Positions 10,207 to 19,765 of a DNA stretch of 64,000 nucleotides are shown here, piece after piece. The position numbers and the translations under genes were made by a program. Position 1 is the first letter of the stretch. The number at the start of each line of letters is the position of its first letter. This DNA comes from Alphaproteobacteria bacterium (lineage in GTDB: Bacteria; Pseudomonadota; Alphaproteobacteria; MPNO01), in assembly GCA_965248835.1 (NCBI GenBank), contig CBDFLJ010000001.1:1184001-1248000 (forward strand), given 5' to 3'. Under the pieces are notes generated by a model. It worked only from the letters and a program-made list of their open reading frames with translations. It had not been told where the DNA came from and did not search any database.

Positions 10207-11262
10207 ATGGGCGCGCCGCGATACGCCTACGAAGACCTGCTCGCATTCGTGACCGCGCTCGGCCGGGCGTGCGGCCTCGCCGAAGACCGCGCCGCAATCC
10301 ACGCGCGGGTGCTGCTGGAGGCCGACCTGATGGGGCATACGACCCACGGGCTGGCGCTGTTGGGCGGCTACCTCGCCAACCTCGAGACCGGCCGCTGTGC
10401 CGCAAGCGGCGAGCCCACGGTCATCAGCGACAGCGGATCGGCCCTCCTCTGGGACGGCAACCTTCTGCCCGGCACCTGGCTTGCCAGCCATGCGATCGAG
10501 ACCGCGGCCGCGCGCCTGTCGCAGCATCCGGTGGTGACGGTGTGCATCAGGCGCAGCGCCCATATCTGCTGCCTCGCCGCCTACCTGCTTCCGGCAACCC
10601 AGCGCGGCCACGTGGCGATCATCATGAACTCGGATCCGTCGGCCCGCACGGTGGCCCCCTTCGGCGGGATCGAGCCGGTGGTGACCCCCAACCCGATGGC
10701 CTTCGGGATCCCGACCGAGGACGATCCGATCCTGGTCGATATCAGCACCTCGACCACCGCCAACGGCTGGGTCCGGCGCCACCACGCCGAGGGCACCAGG
10801 CTGCCCGGCCGGTGGCTGCTCGATGCCGAGGGACGACCGACCGACGAGCCGGCGGCGCTGTTCACCGACCCGCCCGGCTCGGTGCTGCCGCTGGGCGGCA
10901 CCGAGGTCGGCTACAAGGGCTTCGGGCTGTCGCTGCTGGTCGAGGCGCTGACCGCGGCGCTGACCGGCTTCGGCCGGGCCGATGCGCCGTCCGGCCAGGG
11001 CAGCCCGGTCTTCATCCAGCTCATCGATCCGGGCGCCTTCGGCGGCCGGGCCGCGTTCACCCGCGAGACGACATGGCTCGCCGAGGCCGCACGGCGATCC
11101 GGGGTCCGCCCGGGCGACCCGCCGGTGCGCCTGCCCGGCCAGCGCGCACTGGCGCTGCGCCGCCGCCAACTGGCCGAAGGGCTCGACCTGCACGAGTCCA
11201 TCATGCCGGCGCTCGCACCCTGGTCGGAAAAATTCGGCCTCGCCCCGCCCGCGCCGCTGTGA
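10207..11262 (+). CDS. Ldh_2 (malate/L-lactate dehydrogenase-like) oxidoreductase
   Basis: ADLxGHxTHG, TPNPMAFG, GYKGFGL, VRLPG; RBS AGGAG. Confidence 0.88.
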   Translation: MGAPRYAYEDLLAFVTALGRACGLAEDRAAIHARVLLEADLMGHTTHGLALLGGYLANLETGRCAASGEPTVISDSGSALLWDGNLLPGTWLASHAIETAAARLSQHPVVTVCIRRSAHICCLAAYLLPATQRGHVAIIMNSDPSARTVAPFGGIEPVVTPNPMAFGIPTEDDPILVDISTSTTANGWVRRHHAEGTRLPGRWLLDAEGRPTDEPAALFTDPPGSVLPLGGTEVGYKGFGLSLLVEALTAALTGFGRADAPSGQGSPVFIQLIDPGAFGGRAAFTRETTWLAEAARRSGVRPGDPPVRLPGQRALALRRRQLAEGLDLHESIMPALAPWSEKFGLAPPAPL

Positions 11263-11277
11263 GCCCGCCGCCCTGTC

Positions 11278-11433
11278 CTATTCCTTCCCGGAGCGGTAGC
11301 GGTAGCGGAACGCGCCGTCGAGGATCTCGCGGGCCTTCGCCTCGCCCAGGACCGCGACCATCTCCTCGTAGATCGGCTTGATGACCGCGGCCTGCTGGCG
11401 CCGTTTCTCAAGAGTCGGGATCTCGTCGTTCAT
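11278..11433 (-). pseudogene. internally deleted remnant resembling the L-2-amino-thiazoline-4-carboxylic acid hydrolase family
   Basis: 51 aa: family-like N-terminus (LEKRRQQAAVIKPIYEEMVAVLGEAKAREIL) joined directly to the C-terminal FRYRY motif. Confidence 0.6.
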
Positions 11434-11614
11434 CTTCCTGCCTGACCAGCTCCTGGCTAGGGGGCGACGATCACCTTGCCGAAGATCGCGCGGTTCTTGA
11501 GTGCGGCGAACGCGCTCCGGGCCGCACTGCAACGACGCAGACAATCCGGCGGCGCGCTTCGCGCGGCCGGCACCGGGTGCGATAATCGCGGCGGGATCGC
11601 GCGGGAGACGGCAT

Positions 11615-12901
11615 GTGGCACGGATGACGCGGGAGGAAAACGAGCTTCTCACCCGAACCGGTGCGGACACGCCGATGGGAAAGCTGTTCCGCCGCTACTG
11701 GCTGCCGGCGATGTTGTCCGAACGGCTGCCCGAGCCCGACGGCGCGCCGATTGCGGTCCAATTGCTGGGCGAGCGGCTGGTCGCCTTCCGCGACACGCGG
11801 GGCCGCGTCGGCCTGCTCGACGAGTTCTGCCCGCACCGCCGGGTCTCGCTGGTATACGGGCGCAACGAGGAATGCGGGCTGCGCTGCGTCTTCCACGGCT
11901 GGAAGCTCGATGTCGAGGGGCGGGTGGTCGAGACTCCGGCCGAGGCGAGCCCGGATTTCGGCAGGACCATCAGCCATACCGCCTACCCGACGCGCGAGGC
12001 CGGCGGGATCGTTTGGACCTATATGGGGCCGGCGGCCGAGCCGCCGCCCTTTCCGGCGTTCCTGTTCACCACGCTGCCGGCTCACCAGGTGCTGGGCTAC
12101 CACTACCGGCAGGAATGCAACTACCTGCAGGGGATCGAGGCCGATCTCGACATCTCCCACCCATCGTTCCTGCACAGCACCATCGACCAGGCGCCGCTCG
12201 ACGAGCGCCGCGCGGCGATGAACCACGACCCGCAGCCGCGCGCCTATACGCGCGAAGAGCCGTTCGGGATGCAGACCGTCTGGGGCTGGAAGACCGCGGA
12301 TCCGGCCAAGGCGCTCTACTGGGTCGACCCGTTCGTCGTGCCTTGCCACACGATCGTGCCGGCCGGGCGCACCGGCATGCGCTGGATCTGGCATGCCTGG
12401 GTGCCGATCGACGACGAGCACCACTGGCTCTACTACGTTCACTACGACCCGGAGGTCGACTTCACGGCGGAGGACCGGGCGCGGCTGGAGTACCATTTCG
12501 GCCACGACCTGATCGACCCGGAAGACGACTACCGTTCGCGCGGCAGTCTGGCCAACCTCCATCTGCTGGACCGGAACCGGCAGAAATCGGAAAACTATAC
12601 CGGCATCAGGGGGATCGCGGCCCAGGACATCGCGATGCTCCAGAGCATGGGCCCGATCGTCGACCGAAGCCTGGAGAACATCGGCTCCAGGGACCTCCTG
12701 GTCGCTCGGCTGCGGCGCTATCTGCTGAAGCTGGTGCGCGCCTTCATGGCGGGCGCGCCGCCGCCGGGCCTCGACGGCACGGTCTCGTTCGCCGACATCG
12801 ACAGCCGGATGGTGATCGTGCCGGCGGGCGCCGGGCTGGCGGAGATCCTCGAACATCGTGAATGGACCTGGGGCGAGGTCGATGAAGGAGACATTCAATG
12901 A
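11615..12901 (+). CDS. Rieske oxygenase, phthalate dioxygenase/LigX-like
   Basis: ENELLTRTG.DTPMG.LFRRYW, CPHR..CVFHGW, DISHPSFLH, QDIAM..SMGPIVDR. Confidence 0.88.
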   Translation: MARMTREENELLTRTGADTPMGKLFRRYWLPAMLSERLPEPDGAPIAVQLLGERLVAFRDTRGRVGLLDEFCPHRRVSLVYGRNEECGLRCVFHGWKLDVEGRVVETPAEASPDFGRTISHTAYPTREAGGIVWTYMGPAAEPPPFPAFLFTTLPAHQVLGYHYRQECNYLQGIEADLDISHPSFLHSTIDQAPLDERRAAMNHDPQPRAYTREEPFGMQTVWGWKTADPAKALYWVDPFVVPCHTIVPAGRTGMRWIWHAWVPIDDEHHWLYYVHYDPEVDFTAEDRARLEYHFGHDLIDPEDDYRSRGSLANLHLLDRNRQKSENYTGIRGIAAQDIAMLQSMGPIVDRSLENIGSRDLLVARLRRYLLKLVRAFMAGAPPPGLDGTVSFADIDSRMVIVPAGAGLAEILEHREWTWGEVDEGDIQ

Positions 12902-13428
12902 GCCTTGAAGCGACGGTCGCGGCACTCGCGGCCCGGGTGCAGCGGCTGGAGGACGAATCGGCGATCCGGCGCCTGATGGCCGAGATGCTGGCCAAGGCCG
13001 ATGAGCGCGACCACCCGCGCTGGGGCGAGCGGCTGGTGGCCTACTACACCGAGGACGGCATGTGGACCAGCGGCACCGGGTTCGCAGAGGTCGGCATGTC
13101 CGAGCGCGGCCGCGCCGCGCTGTCCCGGAAATTCACCGCCGGCACGCGGATCTGCGAATCGAGCCATCTGCTGGGCTCGGAGTCGATCACGGTCGAAGGC
13201 GACCGGGCGAACGGCACCTGGCTATGCTTCGAGCCGGCGACGCTGCACGGCCCCGACGACAGCCGCGAGGCGGTCTGGGTGATGGGCCGCTATATCTGCG
13301 AGTTCCGCCGCGACGGCGCCGAATGGAAGGTACGCACGGTCCGCTTCGAAGGGATCTTCTGCACGCCCTACGAGCAGGGCTGGGCCAAGGAGCGCTTCAC
13401 CTCGATCAGCCCGCTGCCGACCGGCTGA
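12898..13428 (+). CDS. SnoaL-like/NTF2-family protein
   Basis: RVQRLEDESAIRRL coiled start, ITVEGDRANGTW, Y..EFRR....W; ATGA overlap with the Rieske gene. Confidence 0.8.
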   Translation: MSLEATVAALAARVQRLEDESAIRRLMAEMLAKADERDHPRWGERLVAYYTEDGMWTSGTGFAEVGMSERGRAALSRKFTAGTRICESSHLLGSESITVEGDRANGTWLCFEPATLHGPDDSREAVWVMGRYICEFRRDGAEWKVRTVRFEGIFCTPYEQGWAKERFTSISPLPTG

Positions 13429-13909
13429 CCCGGCGCATGTTGTAGCGGCCCGCTTCCACCCCTGCGGGCAGCGGCAGCGGCTGCCAGCCCGCCGCCTCCA
13501 TGGGCTGGTCGCTGACGATCAGCCCGCCCTCGGCCATCAGCCGGTCGATCAGCGGCGCGATGGTCTGCGCCAGGGCCGCGTTGGCCGCCGCATCGCCGGT
13601 GCCGATATCGCAATGGGCCAGGGCGGCCGGGCCGGGCAGGCGCGCGGACGCTTCGGCCAGGGTAGCGACGATATCGCCCTCTATGAAAAACGCGGGGTCG
13701 GGGATGCAGTCCGGGTGGGCGGCGACCCGGCGGTCGAAGACGTATATCGGCCGGCCGGCGAGATTCGCCCTCAGGTGATCGTAGGTGCGGCCGTTGCCGA
13801 GCCCGAGCTCCAGAACCGGGCCGTCGACATCGCGGATCATCTCCATGGCCGAATCGAGGCAGGCGCGCTGGGCCTCGAGGCGCCGGATAAACGAATCCAG
13901 ACGGCTCAT
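13406..13909 (-). CDS. class I SAM-dependent methyltransferase (Methyltransf_17-like)
   Basis: MSRLDSFIRRL.AQR, VLELGLGNGRTYDHL, HCDIG. Confidence 0.8.
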   Translation of the reverse strand: MSRLDSFIRRLEAQRACLDSAMEMIRDVDGPVLELGLGNGRTYDHLRANLAGRPIYVFDRRVAAHPDCIPDPAFFIEGDIVATLAEASARLPGPAALAHCDIGTGDAAANAALAQTIAPLIDRLMAEGGLIVSDQPMEAAGWQPLPLPAGVEAGRYNMRRVSRSAAG

Positions 13910-13928
13910 GATCCGCCGCGCGCGGCTC

Positions 13929-14378
13929 TCAGTTGCCGTCCATCGCCGCGCGGAGCTGGCTGGTGGTTTTCTCCAGCCGGTGGGCCAGCTCGCGCATGAT
14001 CTCGATCGCCATGTCGGGAAACTCTGTGATCATCCGGAAAAACTGGTCCTTGGAGATCGCCAGCGTCGTCAGCTCGTTGGCCGCGCGCACCGTTGCGGTC
14101 CGCGGCACGTCGATAAGGATAGCGATCTCGCCGACCAGGTCGTTCTTGGCCAACGTGGCGACCTTGAGCTCGCCGCCGGGCGCGTCGACCAGCACCTCGG
14201 CCTCGCCCTGGACGATGATGAAGGCCTTGTCGCCGACATCGCCTTGATGGAACAGCTCCTGGCCGCCGGCGAAGGTCAGCCGCTCGCTCGTGAAAGCGAG
14301 CAGCTTGAGCTTGGAGGGCTCGATCTTGGCAAACAGCGGGATCTTCCGTAAGAGATCGACTTCTTCGTTGAGGCTCAC
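13929..14378 (-). CDS. stand-alone cyclic nucleotide-binding domain protein
   Basis: LFHQGD.GD, VGEIAIL..VPRTATV phosphate-binding cassette; no HTH. Confidence 0.9.
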   Translation of the reverse strand: MSLNEEVDLLRKIPLFAKIEPSKLKLLAFTSERLTFAGGQELFHQGDVGDKAFIIVQGEAEVLVDAPGGELKVATLAKNDLVGEIAILIDVPRTATVRAANELTTLAISKDQFFRMITEFPDMAIEIMRELAHRLEKTTSQLRAAMDGN

Positions 14379-14415
14379 TGTGAAATCCTTCGGCCGGTTG
14401 CCCCCGACACGCGGA

Positions 14416-17067
14416 TCAACCGGCGTTTAGCAGTTCTCTGAACGCGGTGCCTTCCTTGTCCAGGTCGGCGACCGCTCCGTGCTCGACCACCTTGCCCCCG
14501 CGCACCACCATGACCTGCTCGAAATTGGACGCCAGATCCGGGCGCGACAAGGCCCAGATCACGCCGCGGCCTCGGAACGCCTCCAGGACCCGCCCGACCA
14601 GCCGGGCCAGGCTCGGGGCATCGAAGCCGACGCCAGCGTCGTTGAGAAGCAATATATCGGGCTTCTTGAGCAGCGTCCGCGCCAATCCGATGCGCTGGCG
14701 CTGGGCCGCCGACAACCGGGAACCGCCGATTCCGACCTGGAAATCGAGCCCAACCGTCATCACGGCGTGGCGCAGGTCCAGCGCATCGATCACTTCGCGG
14801 ATCAGCGCTCCGACGCGCTCGGCACCGCGCGCCGGGCCATAGGCGAGCTTGCCGAACAGGATATTGTCCTGGAGCGTGGCCGCTTCGTTGAACCTGCCGG
14901 CGTCGAAGAACGCGACCGCGCCGGCCAAGTCCCCGGGCAACCGGTCGGCAAAGCGCTTGCGCGCCTGCAGCACGCCTTCCTTGATCTCCGGGGTGATGGC
15001 ATCCAGCCGGTGACGCGCCGGAGAAACCATGAACGGCAACGACAGCAGCATCGTGCGCTCTTCGGGACGCAGTGCCTGCATGCCTTCGCGGCCGATACGG
15101 GTGATGACCGCCTGGAACTCGGGCAGGTCCTCGGAGCTGATGAAGCTGTACTGATCGAAGAAATGATGCCCCGGCGGCAGGTCGGCGAACAGCTCGACCA
15201 TCAACGAGGCGACCTCGCGGCCGGCTTCCAGCAACGGCGCCGCCAGGTCCGACTCTTCGAGGACCTGCAGCACATAGGGGTTCTCGGCCAGCCGGCCGAT
15301 CTGGAAAGCATCGCCGACCGGGGTGCCGAACAGAAGGTTCTCGCCCAGGGTCGCGTTCTCGTTGTAGGCCTCCGCGTCGAAGGTCTCCACGAGGGCCGCG
15401 ATCTCGGGATCGGCCAGCCGGTCGCGGAACGCCGCGCGGGCCTCGAGCAGGCTCTGCGCAAGACCGCTCCTGGCGGCCGGATCGATGGTGCCGCGCAGGC
15501 CCATTTCGTAGATGTCATCGGTCAGCCCGACGATGTCCAGCGCCTCGAAGACGCGCTCACCCAACGCCTCGCCGCCCTCGGCTTCGGCGGCCCGGTAGTC
15601 GATCCAGTCGGCGTAGGGATCATCGGCCGAATTGCCGGAAGCCTCGGCTTCCCGGATCCGGGCGCGCAACGCGGTCTGGCCGGCATCGTCATACACGGCC
15701 GGGTTCAGCGGGCGGTGCTTGAGCCCGTAGACCAGATTGTCGTAGACGCTGGCCGCGAACAGGAAGGGCTGCGCACCGACATAGCCGAGCCGACGCCCGG
15801 TCACCGCCTCGGGCAGCTCGGCAAGGCGGTCCGGGCCGATGGCGATGGTCCCGGCATTGGCCGCGATCAGCCGGGCCAGGAGCTGCATCAACTCCTCCTT
15901 GCCGCTGCCGCCGGCGCCGATCATCGCCACGTGCCTGGCCGAATCGAGCCTGAACGTCGCGCCGTCGACCAGCACGGTCCCGGTGTCGTCCTCCAGCAGC
16001 ACGCTCGAGCCGACCACCTCGCCCGATAGCGGCGCGATGGCCTCGGGCTCGATGCGTTGAAGGTCGAGCTCGAGCATGCCGGCCGGCTCGAACTGATCGG
16101 TCACCTGGCCGAACTTGATCCGGGCGTCCTCGCGCCGCTGGTAATAGGTGAGCAGTTCCTTCCACGGCGCCGCCAGGTCCTTGTGGGCGGCGATCGCCGC
16201 CAGCAGGGTGCCGATCTCCAGGTTGCCGTCGATCACCAGATAGCCGCCGATCGAATAGAAGCAGAAGGGGCCCAGCTGGTTGATCGAGTTGTTGAGGAAC
16301 TTGATGATGAACTTCCAGATATAGATCTTCAGCCGGACCTCGTAGATCTCGCCCAGCTGGCCGGAAAACTGGGCCAAATGGAGTGCCGAGGTGTCGTTGG
16401 CGTGGATCTCCTGGACGCCGGCGATGGTCTCGCCGATGCGGTCGGACAGCCGGCGGACCAGGCGCACGCGCTCCTTGCCGAAGGCGTTCACCCGGCGCTG
16501 CAGCTTCGGGATAAGCCAGAACTGCAACGGGTAGAGCGCCGTCGCGGCAAGCGCCATATAGGGGTTCTGGACCAGCAGGAAGGACAGGATCACCAGCAGC
16601 GTCCCGCCCTGGAAGGCGGGCAGCGAGAACGCATCGCCGATGAAACCGCCCAGCGGCTCGACCTCGGCGGTGATCATCTGGATCACCTCGCCCTGGGAGG
16701 TCTTGCGGAAGGTCGGCAGCGGGAATCGCATGACCCGCGAATAGAGATCGAAGCGCAGCCGGCGCAGCATCCGCTCGCCGACCCGGCCGCGATAGACGTT
16801 GATGGCGTACTTGAAGCTCTGGTTGAAGAAGACCAGCAGCAGGAACAGCGCGCTCAGCAAGAACAGGTAGTCGATCTGGTCGAGCGCGACGCCCGCGAGC
16901 GCGACCGGAAATGCGATGGTGTTGGCCAGGATCGCCTCGTTGACGATCTGCTTGGGAAGCTCGTAGAAGGCGTAGAGGAACGGGAAGCTCGCCGCCGCCA
17001 TCAAGGTCAGCACAACCTGCCGGCGCACGCTGTGGCGCAGGATGTACCTGTAGATACCCTTTTCCAC
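14416..17067 (-). CDS. fused ABC exporter (TMD + NBD) with large NBD insertion and degenerate motifs
   Basis: ABC_membrane N-terminal half; Walker A GAGGSGKE, signature LSAAQRQR, Walker B LLLND; start reassigned to GTG 17067. Confidence 0.85.
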   Translation of the reverse strand: MEKGIYRYILRHSVRRQVVLTLMAAASFPFLYAFYELPKQIVNEAILANTIAFPVALAGVALDQIDYLFLLSALFLLLVFFNQSFKYAINVYRGRVGERMLRRLRFDLYSRVMRFPLPTFRKTSQGEVIQMITAEVEPLGGFIGDAFSLPAFQGGTLLVILSFLLVQNPYMALAATALYPLQFWLIPKLQRRVNAFGKERVRLVRRLSDRIGETIAGVQEIHANDTSALHLAQFSGQLGEIYEVRLKIYIWKFIIKFLNNSINQLGPFCFYSIGGYLVIDGNLEIGTLLAAIAAHKDLAAPWKELLTYYQRREDARIKFGQVTDQFEPAGMLELDLQRIEPEAIAPLSGEVVGSSVLLEDDTGTVLVDGATFRLDSARHVAMIGAGGSGKEELMQLLARLIAANAGTIAIGPDRLAELPEAVTGRRLGYVGAQPFLFAASVYDNLVYGLKHRPLNPAVYDDAGQTALRARIREAEASGNSADDPYADWIDYRAAEAEGGEALGERVFEALDIVGLTDDIYEMGLRGTIDPAARSGLAQSLLEARAAFRDRLADPEIAALVETFDAEAYNENATLGENLLFGTPVGDAFQIGRLAENPYVLQVLEESDLAAPLLEAGREVASLMVELFADLPPGHHFFDQYSFISSEDLPEFQAVITRIGREGMQALRPEERTMLLSLPFMVSPARHRLDAITPEIKEGVLQARKRFADRLPGDLAGAVAFFDAGRFNEAATLQDNILFGKLAYGPARGAERVGALIREVIDALDLRHAVMTVGLDFQVGIGGSRLSAAQRQRIGLARTLLKKPDILLLNDAGVGFDAPSLARLVGRVLEAFRGRGVIWALSRPDLASNFEQVMVVRGGKVVEHGAVADLDKEGTAFRELLNAG

Positions 17068-17259
17068 CAGCTTCCCTTCGACGCCCGCCGACCGGGCCGC
17101 GGCCCGGATTCCTAGACTATTACGCCACCGTTGCGGTGTTCTGCAAACCGCGCGGGCCGGACTTGCGATCGGGCAAATCCCTTTTGACGGCCAATCTCTT
17201 ACTTGGGCACAGCTTCGTGCTGTGCGATAGTCGGCTCGATAATATTCCGGGAGCGCGGG

Positions 17260-18483
17260 ATGGAAGAGGCCGCGGCGAACACGCGGGTACTGGTCTACAG
17301 CCACGACACGTTCGGTCTGGGCCACTTGCGCCGGTGCCGGGCGATCGCCAACGCGCTGGTCGACCGCAATCCGGAGATGTCGGTCCTGATCATGTCGGGC
17401 TCGCCGATCATCGGCAGTTTCGAGTTCCGCCGGCGGGTCGATTTCGTCCGCATCCCGGGCGTCATCAAGCTGCGCAACGGCGAGTACACCTCGCACAGCC
17501 TCAAGCTCGGCATCGAGGACACGATGGCGATGCGCGCCTCGATCATCCGCCATACCGCGGACGTGTTCGATCCGGACTTCTTCCTGGTCGACAAGGAGCC
17601 GCTGGGGCTGCGGGGCGAGGTCAGCGAGACGCTGGAGATGCTCAAGGCGCGCGGCACGCCGCTGGTGCTGGGCCTGCGCGACGTGCTGGACGAGCCCGCG
17701 CTGCTGGCACCGGAATGGGAACGCAAGAACGTCGTGCCCGCGCTCCAGAACCTCTATGACGAGATCTGGATCTACGGGCTGCCGCAGATTTGCGACCCGC
17801 TGGCCGATCTACCGCTCAGCGACTCGATCCGCCGACGCACGGTGTTCACCGGCTACCTGGAGCGCTCGGCGGTCTCGGCCGCATCCGCCGCCACGCCCGA
17901 ACTGCCCTTCGACTCGCCGTTCCTGCTGGTCACGCCGGGCGGCGGCGGCGACGGCGAGGCGCTGGTCGACTGGGTGCTGCGCGCCTACGAGGCCGACAGC
18001 GGAGCACCGCACCCCGCGTTGATCGTCTTCGGCCCGTTCATGCCGCCGGAGTCCCAGGCACGGTTCGTCCAGCGCGCCGCCGCGCTGGACAGCGTCGCGG
18101 TGATCACCTTCGATGCCAATCTCGAGGCGCTGATCGCCCGGGCGGCCGGGATCGTCGCCATGGGCGGCTACAACACGTTCTGCGAAATCCTGTCTTTCGA
18201 CAAGCCGGCGCTGGTGGTGCCGCGAACCGTTCCGCGCCGGGAACAATATATCCGCGCGAACCGCGCCGAAGCCCTCGGGCTGCTCAGGGTGCTGGTCGAC
18301 GACGGCCGCCGCGACCCCGCCTCGATGGCGACCGCGCTGCGCGCGCTGCCGCAGCAACCCGCGCCGTCCGAGGTGGTGGTCCCGGGCCTGCTCGACGGCC
18401 TGCACAATGTCGATCGGCTGGCCCGGCGGCTGATCCAACGGGCCGGCACGCCGCGGCTCGGGCTGGCGCGGCAGACCGGCTAG
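17260..18483 (+). CDS. COG4671-type predicted glycosyltransferase (GT-B, GT28-like C-terminus)
   Basis: YSHDTFGLGHLRR, GGGGDG, MGGYNT, PRREQ. Confidence 0.85.
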   Translation: MEEAAANTRVLVYSHDTFGLGHLRRCRAIANALVDRNPEMSVLIMSGSPIIGSFEFRRRVDFVRIPGVIKLRNGEYTSHSLKLGIEDTMAMRASIIRHTADVFDPDFFLVDKEPLGLRGEVSETLEMLKARGTPLVLGLRDVLDEPALLAPEWERKNVVPALQNLYDEIWIYGLPQICDPLADLPLSDSIRRRTVFTGYLERSAVSAASAATPELPFDSPFLLVTPGGGGDGEALVDWVLRAYEADSGAPHPALIVFGPFMPPESQARFVQRAAALDSVAVITFDANLEALIARAAGIVAMGGYNTFCEILSFDKPALVVPRTVPRREQYIRANRAEALGLLRVLVDDGRRDPASMATALRALPQQPAPSEVVVPGLLDGLHNVDRLARRLIQRAGTPRLGLARQTG

Positions 18484-18493
18484 GAAGCAGGCC

Positions 18494-19765
18494 ATGGCCG
18501 GCCCGGTCGCTTTCGTGCTCAAAGGCTATCCGCGCCTGTCGGAGACCTTCATCGCCAACGAGATCCGCGCCCTGGAGCGGCGCGGCCTGGACATCCGCAT
18601 CGTCTCGCTGCGCCAGCCGACCGAGACCGCGCGCCATGCGGTGCACGCCGAGATCGCCGCGCCGATCCTCTACCTGCCGGAATACCTGCACGACCAGCCG
18701 CGGCGCGTCCTTGCCGGGCTCCGTGCGGCGCACCGCCTGCCGGGCTTCGCGGCAGCGCTGCGCACATGGCTCAAGGACCTGATCAGGGATCCGACGCCCA
18801 ACAGGGTCCGCAGGTTCGGGCAGGCGGCCGTGCTGGCCGCGGAAATGCCGGCCGGGATCGGCCACCTGCACGCCCATTTCCTGCACACCCCGGCCTCGGT
18901 CGCACGCTACGCGGCAATCATCGCGGGACTGCAATGGTCGGTCTCGGCGCACGCGAAGGACATCTGGACCACACCGTCCTGGGAGAAGTCCGAAAAGCTC
19001 GCCGCCTGCGCCTGGCTCGTGACCTGCAGCCAGGCTGCGGGCCGGCACCTGAGCGGGCTGGCGCCGCAGCCGGCGCGCGTCCAGGTGATCTATCACGGCC
19101 TCGACCCGGAACGCTTTCCCTCCCCCGCGCGGGCGCCCCAGCAGCGCGACGGCACCGATCCGGCCGCCCCTGTCCGGCTGCTCACCGTCGCGAGGGCGGT
19201 CGAGAAGAAAGGCCTCGACGTGCTGCTCGCGGCGCTAGCGATGCTCCCGCGCGCGGTGGGCTGGCGGCTGACCCATATCGGCGGCGGGACGGATCGCGAC
19301 GCGCTCATGGCGCTGGCCGGGCGGCTGGGGATCGGCGCGCGGATCGCGTGGCGCGGCGCGGCCGCCCAGGACGAGGTCCTTGCGGCCTATCGCCGGGCGG
19401 ACCTGTTCGTCCTGCCCTCGCGCATCGCGCGCTCGGGCGATCGCGACGGCCTGCCCAACGTCCTGCTCGAGGCGCAGAGCCAGGGGCTGGCTTGTCTGGC
19501 GAGCCGCGTGGCGGCGATCCCGGAGCTGATCGAGGACGGCCGCACCGGCATCCTGGTGCCGCCCGAGGATGCCGCAGCCCTGGCCGACGCGCTGCTGGCT
19601 CTGATCGGCAACCCGCTGCGGCGCGAGGGGCTGGGACGCGCCGGTGCGGAGCGGGTGCGCGGCGAATTCGGGTTCGCCGCCGGCATCGACCGGCTCGCGG
19701 CGCAGTTCGGCCTCACCGAGCCCGGATCCCGGGCGGCATGCGCGTCGCTTTCTACGCGCCGATGA
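18494..19765 (+). CDS. GT4 family glycosyltransferase
   Basis: GYPRLSETFI, HAHF, EKKG, DGLPNVLLEA. Confidence 0.9.
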   Translation: MAGPVAFVLKGYPRLSETFIANEIRALERRGLDIRIVSLRQPTETARHAVHAEIAAPILYLPEYLHDQPRRVLAGLRAAHRLPGFAAALRTWLKDLIRDPTPNRVRRFGQAAVLAAEMPAGIGHLHAHFLHTPASVARYAAIIAGLQWSVSAHAKDIWTTPSWEKSEKLAACAWLVTCSQAAGRHLSGLAPQPARVQVIYHGLDPERFPSPARAPQQRDGTDPAAPVRLLTVARAVEKKGLDVLLAALAMLPRAVGWRLTHIGGGTDRDALMALAGRLGIGARIAWRGAAAQDEVLAAYRRADLFVLPSRIARSGDRDGLPNVLLEAQSQGLACLASRVAAIPELIEDGRTGILVPPEDAAALADALLALIGNPLRREGLGRAGAERVRGEFGFAAGIDRLAAQFGLTEPGSRAACASLSTRR

